Below are positions 1-9,305 of a stretch of 63,958 nt of DNA, in pieces. The DNA is taken from contig JACQWM010000015.1 of assembly GCA_016209275.1 (NCBI GenBank), positions 1-63,958 on the forward strand. The letters run 5' to 3'. Position 1 is the stretch's first letter, and each line of letters starts with the position of its first letter. Below the pieces are notes generated by a model, which worked only from the letters and a program-made list of their open reading frames with translations, ran no database searches and was not told the DNA's origin. This DNA is from Candidatus Omnitrophota bacterium (GTDB taxonomy: Bacteria > Omnitrophota > Gorgyraeia > Aquiviventales > Aquiviventaceae). A program made the translations under genes and the position numbers.

Positions 1-1595
1 CGGAGCTGATACAAATCCGCGAGTCCGAAGCTCTCGGCATCGTTGACGATCAGCGTATTCGCGTTAGGAATGTCAATGCCGGATTCAATGATCGTTGTGG
101 TCACCAGCACATCGACCGCGCCTTCCATGAAGGCCATCATCGCCTGCTGCAGCTCCGCTTCCCCCATCTGGCCGTGCGCGATACCGACCCGCGCTTCAGG
201 CACCAGCGCCGACACGTCCCCCGCGACCCGGTAGATATTATGCACCCGATTGTGCACCACGTATACCTGGCCACCCCGTTTGAGCTCCCGGAGCACCCAC
301 CGCCGCAGGCTGGCATCATCCTTTTCAAGGATCTGTGTCGCGATCGGATGGCGATTCTCCGGCGGGGTCGTGATCATGGAGAGCTCCCGCGCGCCCACCA
401 AGGCTAAATACAGCGTGCGCGGAATCGGCGTGGCCGAGAGTGTGAGCACATCCATTTGGCTGCGCCATTGCTTGAGCCGTTCCTTATCCTGCACCCCGAA
501 CCGCTGCTCCTCATCCACGATGAGCAGCCCCAGCGCGTTAAAGCGGATATCCCCGGAGAGCAGCCGATGCGTGCCGATCACGATATCGACCGCCCCGCCG
601 GCCACATCGCGCGCGATCTGCCGCTGCTCAGCCTCGGATTGAAAGCGGCTGAGCATCTCCACGCGAATCGGAAAGCCCCCCACGCGCTTGGCGAATGTCC
701 GGTAGTGCTGATACGCCAGGATAGTCGTTGGCACTAGCACGGCCACTTGCCGCTGGTCCATCACGGCCTTAAAGGCGGCCCGCAACGCCACCTCGGTCTT
801 GCCGTAGCCCACATCGCCCAGCAGCAAACGATCCATCGGCCGTGAGGCCTCCATGTCGCGTTTCACATCCGCCACGGCGGTGAGCTGATCCGGGGTTTCG
901 CGGTATGGAAACATGGCCTCGAATGCGCGCTGCCAGTCATGATCTTTCGCGCACGCGTGGCCGGGAAGGGCCAAGCGCTTGGCATGCACATCCAGCAGCG
1001 CTTTCGCGTACGTCCATGCGCCGACATAGGCGTTGACCTTGGCCCGCTCCCAAGCCGTGCCACCGAGCGTGTGCAGCGCCGGACTCCGGCCGCCGAAGGC
1101 CACATAGGTTTGGAGCAAATGGACCTGGTCGATGGGGACGTAGAGCAGATCGCCGCCGGCATACTCCACGACCAAGGTCTCTTGCGGCCCCTGGCTGCCC
1201 TCAATGGTCGCGCGCCGCAGATAGCGTCCGATCCCGTGGTCCAGGTGCACGACATACTGGCCTTCGCGCAGATCCAAAAACGCTTCAAACGGCACCTGCG
1301 CCGAGACCCGGGAATGCACCTGCCGCGGCAGGACCACGAGCATGGTGTGGCGATCCAGCGTCTCAAGCGTTTGGGGATTAAAGCTGCGGATAGAGTTCAG
1401 GCGCGAGCCGTCCCATTCGAGCCGAACCGGCGATTCAAAGGTGGCAGGGAACAGATCCAGAATGCCGCCGCGGAGTGCCACCTCTCCTGGGTCGGCTACG
1501 GCATCGACGCGCTCGTAGCCGAAGGCGAGCAGCTGCTTCAGCACAGGCTCGAGCGATTCGCGCGATCCAACAGAGAGCCGACAATACTCTAACAT
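1..1595 (-). CDS. mfd: Transcription-repair coupling factor Mfd, 5' portion (3' end runs off the window); unusually short N-terminus
   Basis: My own reverse-strand translation; absent from the ORF track because there is no stop in the window. It reads [22 protein letters not shown].., then a CarD/TRCF-like [17 protein letters not shown], helicase motif [23 protein letters not shown] and [13 protein letters not shown] at 1595-1593 with an in-frame TGA at 1610-1608 upstream. Confidence 0.9.
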   Translation of the reverse strand, partial: MLEYCRLSVGSRESLEPVLKQLLAFGYERVDAVADPGEVALRGGILDLFPATFESPVRLEWDGSRLNSIRSFNPQTLETLDRHTMLVVLPRQVHSRVSAQVPFEAFLDLREGQYVVHLDHGIGRYLRRATIEGSQGPQETLVVEYAGGDLLYVPIDQVHLLQTYVAFGGRSPALHTLGGTAWERAKVNAYVGAWTYAKALLDVHAKRLALPGHACAKDHDWQRAFEAMFPYRETPDQLTAVADVKRDMEASRPMDRLLLGDVGYGKTEVALRAAFKAVMDQRQVAVLVPTTILAYQHYRTFAKRVGGFPIRVEMLSRFQSEAEQRQIARDVAGGAVDIVIGTHRLLSGDIRFNALGLLIVDEEQRFGVQDKERLKQWRSQMDVLTLSATPIPRTLYLALVGARELSMITTPPENRHPIATQILEKDDASLRRWVLRELKRGGQVYVVHNRVHNIYRVAGDVSALVPEARVGIAHGQMGEAELQQAMMAFMEGAVDVLVTTTIIESGIDIPNANTLIVNDAESFGLADLYQL

Positions 1596-1602
1596 CGAAG
1601 AA

Positions 1603-1642
1603 CGATATCAGATATCAAACGGCCGTTTGATATCTGATATCG
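1603..1642. repeat. GATATCAGATATC-family palindrome, copy 1 (40-nt perfect palindrome)
   Basis: CGATATCAGATATCAAACGG|CCGTTTGATATCTGATATCG, between the argS stop and the mfd start. Identical to 51625-51664. Confidence 0.95.
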
Positions 1643-1650
1643 CCTTTGCG

Positions 1651-3315
1651 TTACATCCGGGTGGGAGCCGAAATGCCCAGCAGGCCTAGGCCGTTGGCCA
1701 GCACCTGTTGGGCGGCGCGGATTAACCCTAAGCGCGCGGCCGTCAATTCCTGGTCCTCGCTGATGACGCGGTGCTTCGTATAAAACACATGGAACGTCTC
1801 GGCGAGCTTGCGCAGGTAGATGGTCAGGCCGTGCGGCTCAAGCGAGGCGGCGCAGAGCCGCAGCACCATCGGGTATTGGACAATCGCGCGCAGCAGCAGC
1901 CGCTCCTCGGTTTCGGCGAGCCGTTCGAGCGCCTTAGGGGAGGGCTCGCGCGGCGCGCCATTAGCTTTCGCCAGGATGCTGCAGATGCGAGCGTGGGCGT
2001 ATTGCACGTAATAGACCGGGTTCTCTTGAGATTGCGCGGCGGCGAGCTCCAGATCGAAATCAAGGTGGCTCTCCATCGTGCGCATCACGAAGAAGAATCG
2101 CGTCGCATCCACGCCGACTTCATCCAGCACCTCTTCAAACGTCACGAATTCGCCGGCGCGCTTGGACATCGGCACCGGCGCGCCATGGCGCGACAAGGTG
2201 ACCAGCTGCACGATCTTGACCGTCAGGCGCTCGGCCGGTAATCCTAAGGCTGCCACCGCCGCTTTGACGCGCGCGATGTACCCGTGATGGTCCGGCCCCC
2301 ACAAGTTGAGGATCTGATCGTACTTCCGCTCAAACTTGAACTGATGGTAGGCGATATCCGGGGCGAGATACGTCAGCTCCCCGTTGCGCTTCTTGATCAC
2401 GCGGTCCTTGTCATCGCCATAGGCCGTCGAGCGGAACCACATCGCCTCCTCAGCGTCATACACGGCCCCGGCCTCGCGCAAGGCCTTGAGGGCGGCGTCG
2501 ATCCGGCCTGAGGTGCGCACCCATTGCTGGCTGGTCCACACATCGAACACCAGGTTGAATCGCGCCAGCACGCGGCGGATCTCGGCAAGCTGCTCGTCCA
2601 TCCCGAACGCCATAAAGGCCTCGAGCGGCTGATCCGCCCATCGATCGCCGTGCTGCTGGATCAGGCGCGCCGCGCTCTCGGTGACGTACGAGCCATGGTA
2701 GCCGTCCTCGGGAAACGGCTCGTCGCGTCCCAGAGCCTGGAGGTATCGCGCCCGCAGCGAACGTCCGAGCATTTCAATCTGGCGGCCTTCATCATTCAGA
2801 TAGTACTCGGTGGTCACGCGGAAGCCCTGCGAGCGCAGCAGCCGAGCGAGCACATCCCCGACGCCGGCTTGGCGGCCGTGGGCCAGGCTCAGCGGGCCGG
2901 TCGGATTCGCGCTGACGAACTCGATGTTGATCAACGGCGATGGGTCGCGGCGGCAATGGCCAAAGCGGCCGCCCTCTTCAAGCGCTTGCGTGAGCGTCTC
3001 AATCAGGGCGCTGGGGGAGAGAAAGACGTTGAGAAACCCTGCGTTAGCTTCCGCGCGGTCAATCGCCTCCCCGGCGTTTGTCTGCCGGCTGCACGCCACA
3101 AAGGCCTCGGCGAGCGCTTCGGCAAGCCGGGGCGGCGGCTGGCGCAGCGAGGCGGCGAGCTTAAACGCCGCCGCGCTTGAGACATCGCCGAAGCTGGGGT
3201 CTTTGGGCATGTCCCAGCGCAGCAGCGCCTCAGGCACGGCCGCTTCGGGGGAGAGCCGGCTGATGGCGCTGCGTAAGATCTGGCTGAGTTGGGTCTCAAG
3301 CGTCTGTACAACCAT
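1651..3315 (-). CDS. argS: Arginine--tRNA ligase
   Basis: 554-aa ORF. Class I aaRS signatures SANPTGPLSLAHGR (HIGH-like) and PMSKRAGEF (KMSKS-like); anticodon-binding C-terminus ending ..APTRM. Confidence 0.92.
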   Translation of the reverse strand: MVVQTLETQLSQILRSAISRLSPEAAVPEALLRWDMPKDPSFGDVSSAAAFKLAASLRQPPPRLAEALAEAFVACSRQTNAGEAIDRAEANAGFLNVFLSPSALIETLTQALEEGGRFGHCRRDPSPLINIEFVSANPTGPLSLAHGRQAGVGDVLARLLRSQGFRVTTEYYLNDEGRQIEMLGRSLRARYLQALGRDEPFPEDGYHGSYVTESAARLIQQHGDRWADQPLEAFMAFGMDEQLAEIRRVLARFNLVFDVWTSQQWVRTSGRIDAALKALREAGAVYDAEEAMWFRSTAYGDDKDRVIKKRNGELTYLAPDIAYHQFKFERKYDQILNLWGPDHHGYIARVKAAVAALGLPAERLTVKIVQLVTLSRHGAPVPMSKRAGEFVTFEEVLDEVGVDATRFFFVMRTMESHLDFDLELAAAQSQENPVYYVQYAHARICSILAKANGAPREPSPKALERLAETEERLLLRAIVQYPMVLRLCAASLEPHGLTIYLRKLAETFHVFYTKHRVISEDQELTAARLGLIRAAQQVLANGLGLLGISAPTRM

Positions 3316-3350
3316 GCCCTATGCGGTGCGTGGCGCTGGGGTGCTGGCGA

Positions 3351-3761
3351 TTATGATTTCAAGGTGGGATGCTCTTCCACGGCAATGCGGGGGGCGTCAG
3401 CCCACAGATCTTCCAGCCGGTAGAAGTCTCGCGCGGCGCTGTCCAACAGGTGCACCACGAGGGGGCCGAAATCCATCAGGATCCACGGCGCGCCGGATGC
3501 GCCCTCGATATGCCACAGCGAACAACCCGCCGTTTCCAAGACCGCTTCCAGATGCCCTTTGATCGCGTCAAGCTGCCGCGAGCTGGCCGCCGTGCAGAGC
3601 ACAAAGAAATCGGTGACGTTCGACAACCCGCGCACATCCATCACCAGCACGTTCTCCGCCTGCTTCTCCAGCGCGGCGCGTGCGGCGATCAGCGCGTAGG
3701 TCTGGCTGGTCAGCGTTATTTGCCCAGAATAAGGAACACCGAGGTGCCGCACGAGGCGCAC
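3351..3761 (-). CDS. rsfS: Ribosomal silencing factor RsfS (iojap-like); start uncertain
   Basis: 136-aa ORF with ..AENVLVMDVRGLSNVTDFFVLCTAASSRQLDAI..WILMDFGPLVVHL... The first 46 nt overlap the upstream small gene, so the true start may be an internal non-ATG codon. Confidence 0.75.
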   Translation of the reverse strand: MRLVRHLGVPYSGQITLTSQTYALIAARAALEKQAENVLVMDVRGLSNVTDFFVLCTAASSRQLDAIKGHLEAVLETAGCSLWHIEGASGAPWILMDFGPLVVHLLDSAARDFYRLEDLWADAPRIAVEEHPTLKS

Positions 3762-3859
3762 TTGCCCTTCATGGCGGAGCGGCCGTTCTTCATCTTCACT
3801 TCCTTGCCGTCCTTCATCTCTTTCTTACCCTTGCACTTCATGCAATACGCCTGCATCAT
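3716..3859 (-). CDS. Small zinc-ribbon protein (CxxC..CxxC), about 47 aa
   Basis: MMQAYCMKCKGKKEMKDGKEVKMKNGRSAMKGKCASCGTSVFLILGK. AAGGAGG Shine-Dalgarno directly upstream of the ATGATG. The longer track ORF was trimmed to this start. Confidence 0.65.
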   Translation of the reverse strand: MMQAYCMKCKGKKEMKDGKEVKMKNGRSAMKGKCASCGTSVFLILGK

Positions 3860-3940
3860 GCCTCCTTGTGATCCGCGTGCTGCGTGCCTCTTCAGCCGTC
3901 TGAAGATTGGCACAAGCCTAGCATGGCGTTCCGCCTGCTG

Positions 3941-4948
3941 TCAAGCGCGCCGCGTGGGGGGCCGCTCTTCATGGATTTCTCCGACAATTTCTTCCAGCAG
4001 GTCCTCGATCGTCACCAGGCCCACGGTCGCTTTGCTTGCATTCTGCACGATGGCGATCTGCGCCTTTTGCTGCTGGAACTCGCTCAGGAGCTCGGCGATG
4101 CGCTTGGTCTCGGGCACGAAGGCCACCGGACGGATCAAATCGGCCAGCACGAACAAGCCCCCATGCCGCACCATGGTCAGCAAATCCCGCGCGTAAATCA
4201 CGCCGACGACGTGATCCAGGCTGCCCTGGTAGACCGGAATCCGCGCATGCCCTTGCTCAATGAGGACGTCCAGCACCGCCTCCGGCTTGGCGCGCAAATC
4301 CACGCCGGCGATCTGCGCGCGCGGCACCATCGCATCTCTGACAATCGAATCGCTGAACTCGAAAATCCGATGCAGCAGCCTCAGCTCCTGCTCCGCCAGC
4401 ACGCCGGCCTCCCGCCCCATCTGGATCATCACTTTAATCTCTTCTTCGGTGACGAGCGGCGCGCGGCGCTTCACCGGCACCCGCAGCAGGTGCAGCAACC
4501 CGCGGCCGAGCCACGTCCAAAAGGTGGAAAGCGGGTACAACACCGCGGTCAGCAGGCGAAGCGGTCTGGCCATGATCAGCGCCACCGTCTCGGGGTGTGT
4601 CACCGCGAAGAGCTTCGGCGTGATTTCCCCGATCAGCAGCAGCAGTGCCGCCAGCACGATCGTGGCGATGGCTAGCCCGGGATCAGAGCCGAAGATCGAC
4701 ACGATCCACCAGGAGCCGATGGCGGTAAAGACCACATTCACCGTCGTGTTGGCCACCAGCAAGGTGCTGACGAGATGATCGAGTTGTTTGAGCAGGTCAA
4801 AGGTGATCTGCGCGCTGCGATTGCCCTGCTCCACCAGGTGGCGGAGGCGGACTTTGTTGATCGAGAGCATCGCCGCCTCAGAGGCTGAAATGAGGGCGGA
4901 GGCCAGCAGGAGAAGGCCAAGCACGATACTCATCGGCACATGGATCAT
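3941..4948 (-). CDS. CNNM/HlyC-CorC family transporter (DUF21 membrane domain + CBS pair)
   Basis: 335 aa. N-terminal TM region ..ASALISASEAAMLSINKVRLRHL.., then a CBS-type region ..VRDAMVPRAQI..VYQGSLDHVVGVIYARDLL... Confidence 0.8.
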   Translation of the reverse strand: MIHVPMSIVLGLLLLASALISASEAAMLSINKVRLRHLVEQGNRSAQITFDLLKQLDHLVSTLLVANTTVNVVFTAIGSWWIVSIFGSDPGLAIATIVLAALLLLIGEITPKLFAVTHPETVALIMARPLRLLTAVLYPLSTFWTWLGRGLLHLLRVPVKRRAPLVTEEEIKVMIQMGREAGVLAEQELRLLHRIFEFSDSIVRDAMVPRAQIAGVDLRAKPEAVLDVLIEQGHARIPVYQGSLDHVVGVIYARDLLTMVRHGGLFVLADLIRPVAFVPETKRIAELLSEFQQQKAQIAIVQNASKATVGLVTIEDLLEEIVGEIHEERPPTRRA

Positions 4949-5526
4949 GAGGCGGCCAAGGCTCCTGCGCCGTAGAGGCGCTGCGAGTACAGGTGGCGCG
5001 CCACGGCAGGAGGAACCAGATAGCGGATCGACCGGCCCGCCTTCAGGCGCTTGCGGATGTCAGAGGAGGCGATGTCGACTTGCGGCATGTCCAGCCATTT
5101 CACCCCGGCCTCCCGGCGGCACTTCGGGCTGTTGGGGCGATGGGCGATCACGATGGCGCACAGTCCTTTAAGCTCCTTCCACGACAACCAGCGCACCGCG
5201 AGCATGTCTTCGCCCATCAGGAGGAAGAGCTTGGCCATGGGCAATTGCGCATGCAGCGTCTTTACCGTCTCGATGGAATAGGAGGGCCCGCCCCGGGTCA
5301 GCTCAATATCCGACGCGACGAAATTCGGATGGTCCTTGATCGCCAGCTGCACGAGCTGAAACCGCTCAGCACCGGGGAGCAGATTCGCGGCCGTCTTATG
5401 CGGCGGCTGATGCGTCGGCACGAAGAGGACCCGGTCAAGCGAGAGCTCTTCCCGCGCCGTCTCCGCCAGCAGAAGATGGCCGATATGAATCGGATTGAAC
5501 GTCCCGCCGAAAATGCCGAGTCGCAT
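4945..5526 (-). CDS. nadD: Nicotinate-nucleotide adenylyltransferase
   Basis: MRLGIFGGTFNPIHIGHL.. motif; 193 aa; 4-nt overlap with the downstream gene. Confidence 0.9.
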   Translation of the reverse strand: MRLGIFGGTFNPIHIGHLLLAETAREELSLDRVLFVPTHQPPHKTAANLLPGAERFQLVQLAIKDHPNFVASDIELTRGGPSYSIETVKTLHAQLPMAKLFLLMGEDMLAVRWLSWKELKGLCAIVIAHRPNSPKCRREAGVKWLDMPQVDIASSDIRKRLKAGRSIRYLVPPAVARHLYSQRLYGAGALAAS

Positions 5527-5532
5527 GCCTTG

Positions 5533-6801
5533 TCAGGTGCGAAGCTGTCCGGTGCCATACACGACATACTTATAGGTCGTCAACTCTTCCAGCCCCATCG
5601 GTCCGCGGGCGTGCAGCCGGTCGGTGCTAATGCCAATCTCCGCCCCGAGGCCGAACTGGAAACCGTCGGTGAACCTGGTCGAGGCGTTGACGTACACCGC
5701 GGCCGAATCTACCTCGCGCGTAAATCGCTGCGCATGCGCCGCATCGGCTGTCACGATGGCATCCGAGTGCGCCGACCCGTACCGCTGGATGTGCTCGATC
5801 GCTTCTTCCAGCGAGTCGACCACGCGGACCGACAGGATCAGATCCAGATACTCCGCGGTCCAATCGTCTTCCGTTGCCGGTGCCACGGATGGCGCGATGG
5901 CGCGCGTCTTCTCGCACCCGCGCACCTCCACCGCCGCCTCCTGGAGCTTCTGAATCACCTGAGGCAAAAACGATGCCGCGACCGTTCGATGCACGAGCAG
6001 CGTCTCCATGGCGTTGCAAGTGGCCGGCCGCTGGCATTTGGCATTCAGCGCGATGGCGCTGGCCATGCGCAGATCCGCCGCCTCATCCACGTAGACATGG
6101 CACACACCCTTGGCGTGCTTGATCACCGGAATCCGCGACTGCTCGGCGATCTTGCGGATCAAGGTCTCGCCTCCACGGGGGATCACCACGTCGATGAAGG
6201 CCTCCATCTCGAGCATCGCATCAACGCCGGCCCGATCCGCGGTTGGAATCATGGTGACCGCGGCCTCGGGCAGTCCTGTCTCACGCAAGGCCGCCTGCAG
6301 CGGTTTGGCGATCGCGTGGTTCGAGGCAAACGCCTCCGAGCCGCCGCGCAGCACGACCGCATTGCCGCTTTTAACACAGAGCGAGGCGCACTCGCTCGTC
6401 ACATTCGGACGCGATTCATAGATGATGCCGATCACACCCAGCGGCACGCGGACCTTCTTGATCGCCAGGCCATTCGGCTGCTGCCAGCTGCGGATGACAG
6501 CACCCACAGGATCAGGCAGGGCGGCCACCGCCTCGATGGACTGCGCCATCTCCGCGATGCGCGGCTCGGTCAAGGCCAGCCGATCCACCAGTGCCACTGA
6601 GAGCTGGGCGTGCTTCGCCGCCGCGACATCGCGCGCATTCGCGGCAAGGATCTCGGCCGCCGCGCTCCGCAATGCCGCGGCCATAGCGCTAAGCGCATTG
6701 TTCTTCTGCGCCGTTGAGGCGCGGGCCAGGACGCGGGAGGCCTCTTTCGCCGCCCCGACAACTTCGCGAATCGCCTCCTGAAGCTCACCGGCAATGGTCA
6801 T
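5533..6801 (-). CDS. proA: Gamma-glutamyl phosphate reductase
   Basis: 422 aa. Aldehyde-dehydrogenase-like ..GVIGIIYESRPNVT..; adjacent to and overlapping proB. Confidence 0.92.
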   Translation of the reverse strand: MTIAGELQEAIREVVGAAKEASRVLARASTAQKNNALSAMAAALRSAAAEILAANARDVAAAKHAQLSVALVDRLALTEPRIAEMAQSIEAVAALPDPVGAVIRSWQQPNGLAIKKVRVPLGVIGIIYESRPNVTSECASLCVKSGNAVVLRGGSEAFASNHAIAKPLQAALRETGLPEAAVTMIPTADRAGVDAMLEMEAFIDVVIPRGGETLIRKIAEQSRIPVIKHAKGVCHVYVDEAADLRMASAIALNAKCQRPATCNAMETLLVHRTVAASFLPQVIQKLQEAAVEVRGCEKTRAIAPSVAPATEDDWTAEYLDLILSVRVVDSLEEAIEHIQRYGSAHSDAIVTADAAHAQRFTREVDSAAVYVNASTRFTDGFQFGLGAEIGISTDRLHARGPMGLEELTTYKYVVYGTGQLRT

Positions 6802-7562
6802 GGGGCAAACCTCGTTCCCACCTGGCGGCCGCTGACTGCGTGCGTCACAACACCGGCCATCGTGCCATTCGCCAGGATCATCGAGATTCCGCGGCGCCCG
6901 ACAATCCGAGCCGCGTCAAGTTTTGAGGCCATGCCGCCCTTCGTGGTGTGCCGCGTCCCGGGCTTCACCGAAGAGTACAACCGCGTGACCGATTGCACCC
7001 GGGCGAGCGGCTTGCCATCCTTGAGAAATCCGTCCACATCGGAGAGGATCACCAGCAGTTGCGCTTCAACCGCGCACGCGACGTAGGCGGCCAAGCGGTC
7101 GTTATCGCCGAAGGTGATCTCCTCCACCGAGACCGTGTCGTTTTCGTTGACAATCGGCACGACGCGCCGATGCAGCAGAGTCAGCAGCGTTTGCTTCGTA
7201 TTGCGCAGCCGGGCGTCCTGCGAAAGATCATCTTGCGTGAGGAGCACTTGAGCGGTCAAGACGCCGTGCTCGGCAAACAGCGTCGTATAGCGATGCATCA
7301 GCTCCCCTTGCCCCACCGCGGCGCAGGCTTGCAACTGTGCTAAGGCCGTCGGACGTGGCGCGATCCCAAGCTGGGCCATGCCGCAGGCGATCGCGCCTGA
7401 AGACACGACGATGAGCTGGCGGCGGGCGCGATGAGCGGCCGCGATCTCCTCGACGAGTTGCGCCATGCGCTGGGGCAGCAGCCGGCCTTTCGCATCGGTC
7501 AGGACGCTGGCACCCACTTTCACGACAACACGTTGCGCGCGCAGTGCGTGGCGCTGGGTCAT
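6798..7562 (-). CDS. proB: Glutamate 5-kinase (no PUA domain)
   Basis: 254 aa; ..RVVVKVGASVLTD..VVSSGAIACG.. amino-acid kinase fold. Confidence 0.9.
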   Translation of the reverse strand: MTQRHALRAQRVVVKVGASVLTDAKGRLLPQRMAQLVEEIAAAHRARRQLIVVSSGAIACGMAQLGIAPRPTALAQLQACAAVGQGELMHRYTTLFAEHGVLTAQVLLTQDDLSQDARLRNTKQTLLTLLHRRVVPIVNENDTVSVEEITFGDNDRLAAYVACAVEAQLLVILSDVDGFLKDGKPLARVQSVTRLYSSVKPGTRHTTKGGMASKLDAARIVGRRGISMILANGTMAGVVTHAVSGRQVGTRFAP

Positions 7563-8536
7563 GTGGGTAGCTTAGCGAGTGCTTGCGCGATCGCGCGAAG
7601 CAATGCCGGGATCCCAGCGCCTGTCGCACAGGAGATCGGCCACACGGCAGCCTGAGGTGCTGCGGCTCGGAACGCCGCCAGATGCGCCTCCGCCTGCGGC
7701 AGGTCCATCTTATTCGCCGCGATGAGCTGCGGTTTTTCCTGAAGGGACGGGCTGTACACCGCAAGCTCCTGGTTCACGTGCGCGTAGGCGTCCGCCGGGT
7801 CGCGCCCATCGATGGCCGCCATGTCGATAAGATGCACAAGCAGGCGCGTGCGCTCGATGTGCCGCAGAAACTGAAATCCCAGCCCTTTGCCCTGTGACGC
7901 GCCTTCGATGAGCCCTGGGATGTCGCAGGCCACAAACCGGGCTCCTCCCGCCGCCTCCACGACCCCCAGCACCGGGTAGGTCGTGGTGAACGGATACGGG
8001 GCGATTTTCGGATGGGCGGTTGAGAGGCGCGACAGCAGCGAAGATTTTCCCGCATTGGGGAACCCGATCAGCCCGACATCGGCGAGGAGCTTCAGCTCAA
8101 GGGTGAGGCGCTTTTCCTCCCCGGGCGAGCCCTCTTGCGCCTCCGGCGCTGCGGCATTGCCGAACCCCCCGCCTCCGCCGCACGCGATCACGACATGTTC
8201 CTGCGGGCTGGACAGATCGCGCAGCACGGCACCGGTGAGGGTCTCATGGATCACGGTGCCCACCGGCACGTGAATCGTCAGGAGTTCGCCGCGCTTGCCT
8301 GTTTTCGTATTGCTGCCGCCGTGCCCGCCGCGGCCGGCTGAGAATTCATGCCGAAACTGAAAATCAAGCAGGGTCGCGATATTGGGGTCAGCCATCACGA
8401 TGACGTCGCCGCCGTCACCGCCATTGCCGCCGTCAGGATACGGATACCGGGTATACGGGGGGTGGGCAAAGGAGGAGCAGCCGCGGCCGCCATCTCCGGC
8501 CTTCACAACAATGTCGGCCTGATCGACAAACCACAT
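7559..8536 (-). CDS. obg: GTPase Obg/CgtA
   Basis: MWFVDQADIVVKAGDGGRGCSSF.., glycine-rich Obg fold, G1 motif GFPNAGKSSLL. Confidence 0.93.
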   Translation of the reverse strand: MWFVDQADIVVKAGDGGRGCSSFAHPPYTRYPYPDGGNGGDGGDVIVMADPNIATLLDFQFRHEFSAGRGGHGGSNTKTGKRGELLTIHVPVGTVIHETLTGAVLRDLSSPQEHVVIACGGGGGFGNAAAPEAQEGSPGEEKRLTLELKLLADVGLIGFPNAGKSSLLSRLSTAHPKIAPYPFTTTYPVLGVVEAAGGARFVACDIPGLIEGASQGKGLGFQFLRHIERTRLLVHLIDMAAIDGRDPADAYAHVNQELAVYSPSLQEKPQLIAANKMDLPQAEAHLAAFRAAAPQAAVWPISCATGAGIPALLRAIAQALAKLPT

Positions 8537-8542
8537 CGCGGC

Positions 8543-8788
8543 TCATTTCAGGGGTTCAATGCTCACAACGCCGGGTTTGGGAAACCGAACGATACCATCC
8601 GCCTTCGCGTACAGGGTCCAGTCGCTGCCGATTCCGACAAACCAGCCCGCGGCAAACTTGGTGCCGCGCTGCCGCACCAAAATCGAGCCGGCGGTGACGC
8701 GCTCGCCCTCGAAACGCTTGACGCCTAATCGACGCCCGGCGCTATCGCGGCCGTTCTTCGTTGATCCTGCTCCGGCTTTATGCGCCAT
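8543..8788 (-). CDS. rpmA: 50S ribosomal protein L27
   Basis: [29 protein letters not shown].. Confidence 0.95.
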   Translation of the reverse strand: MAHKAGAGSTKNGRDSAGRRLGVKRFEGERVTAGSILVRQRGTKFAAGWFVGIGSDWTLYAKADGIVRFPKPGVVSIEPLK

Positions 8789-8798
8789 CGTTTACTCC

Positions 8799-9245
8799 TT
8801 AGTCGTCTTTTCGTCCAGTGGTAATCTTTCGTGGTTTGGCAGTGACTGTCGGGGTTTTCTTCACCACTCCGGTGCCGCGAGGCTTGGCCGCAGGCCGCGC
8901 GGCGGCCTCGATCTGCGCCTTCGGCGCGCTGCCCGGCCAGAGAATATCTTTCACGATCAGGCGGCTCATCGGCTGGCGATGCCCTGAGGTCTTTCTCCAG
9001 TTCTCCCGCCGGCGATAATGATACGTGATGATCTTCGGGCCGCGCCGGTGCTCAAGGACCTCGCACACCACCTTGGCCCCCTCGACATACGGCCGCCCGA
9101 TCTTCGCCTCATGCCCGTCGTGAGCAAAGAGCACCTGCTCTACCGTGACAGACTCGCCGACCGGTGTGGCGAGCCGGTTGATATCCAGCCGCGTGCCCGG
9201 CTCAACCTTCCATTGGCGTCCGCCAGCTTCAATAATCGCGTACAT
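8799..9245 (-). CDS. rplU: 50S ribosomal protein L21 with a basic C-terminal extension
   Basis: MYAIIEAGGRQWKVEPGTRLDINRL..; AGGAG Shine-Dalgarno upstream. Confidence 0.93.
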   Translation of the reverse strand: MYAIIEAGGRQWKVEPGTRLDINRLATPVGESVTVEQVLFAHDGHEAKIGRPYVEGAKVVCEVLEHRRGPKIITYHYRRRENWRKTSGHRQPMSRLIVKDILWPGSAPKAQIEAAARPAAKPRGTGVVKKTPTVTAKPRKITTGRKDD

Positions 9246-9269
9246 GTTGTGCTCCTATGGCAGTGGGAT

Positions 9270-9298
9270 AGTATAACTTGACTTCTTCAGCCGGTCAA
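9270..9298 (-). promoter_or_regulatory. Candidate sigma70-type promoter for rplU-rpmA-obg
   Basis: Minus strand: TTGACC (9298-9293), 17 nt, TATACT (9275-9270), then 24 nt containing AGGAG before the rplU ATG. Confidence 0.5.
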
Positions 9299-9305
9299 CG
9301 GAAAG

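Noticed and set aside
4993-6600. 535-aa plus-strand ORF. Similar long plus-strand ORFs include 9309-10376, 27329-28489, 61820-62860, 24742-25671 and 33905-34741.
   Set aside because: Each lies antisense to a minus-strand gene with unmistakable family motifs (nadD/proA, rng, uvrA, tpiA/pgk, TPR, dapA). Their translations are Arg/Gly/His-rich low-complexity sequences typical of shadow ORFs in GC-rich DNA, and none has a recognisable motif or Shine-Dalgarno sequence.
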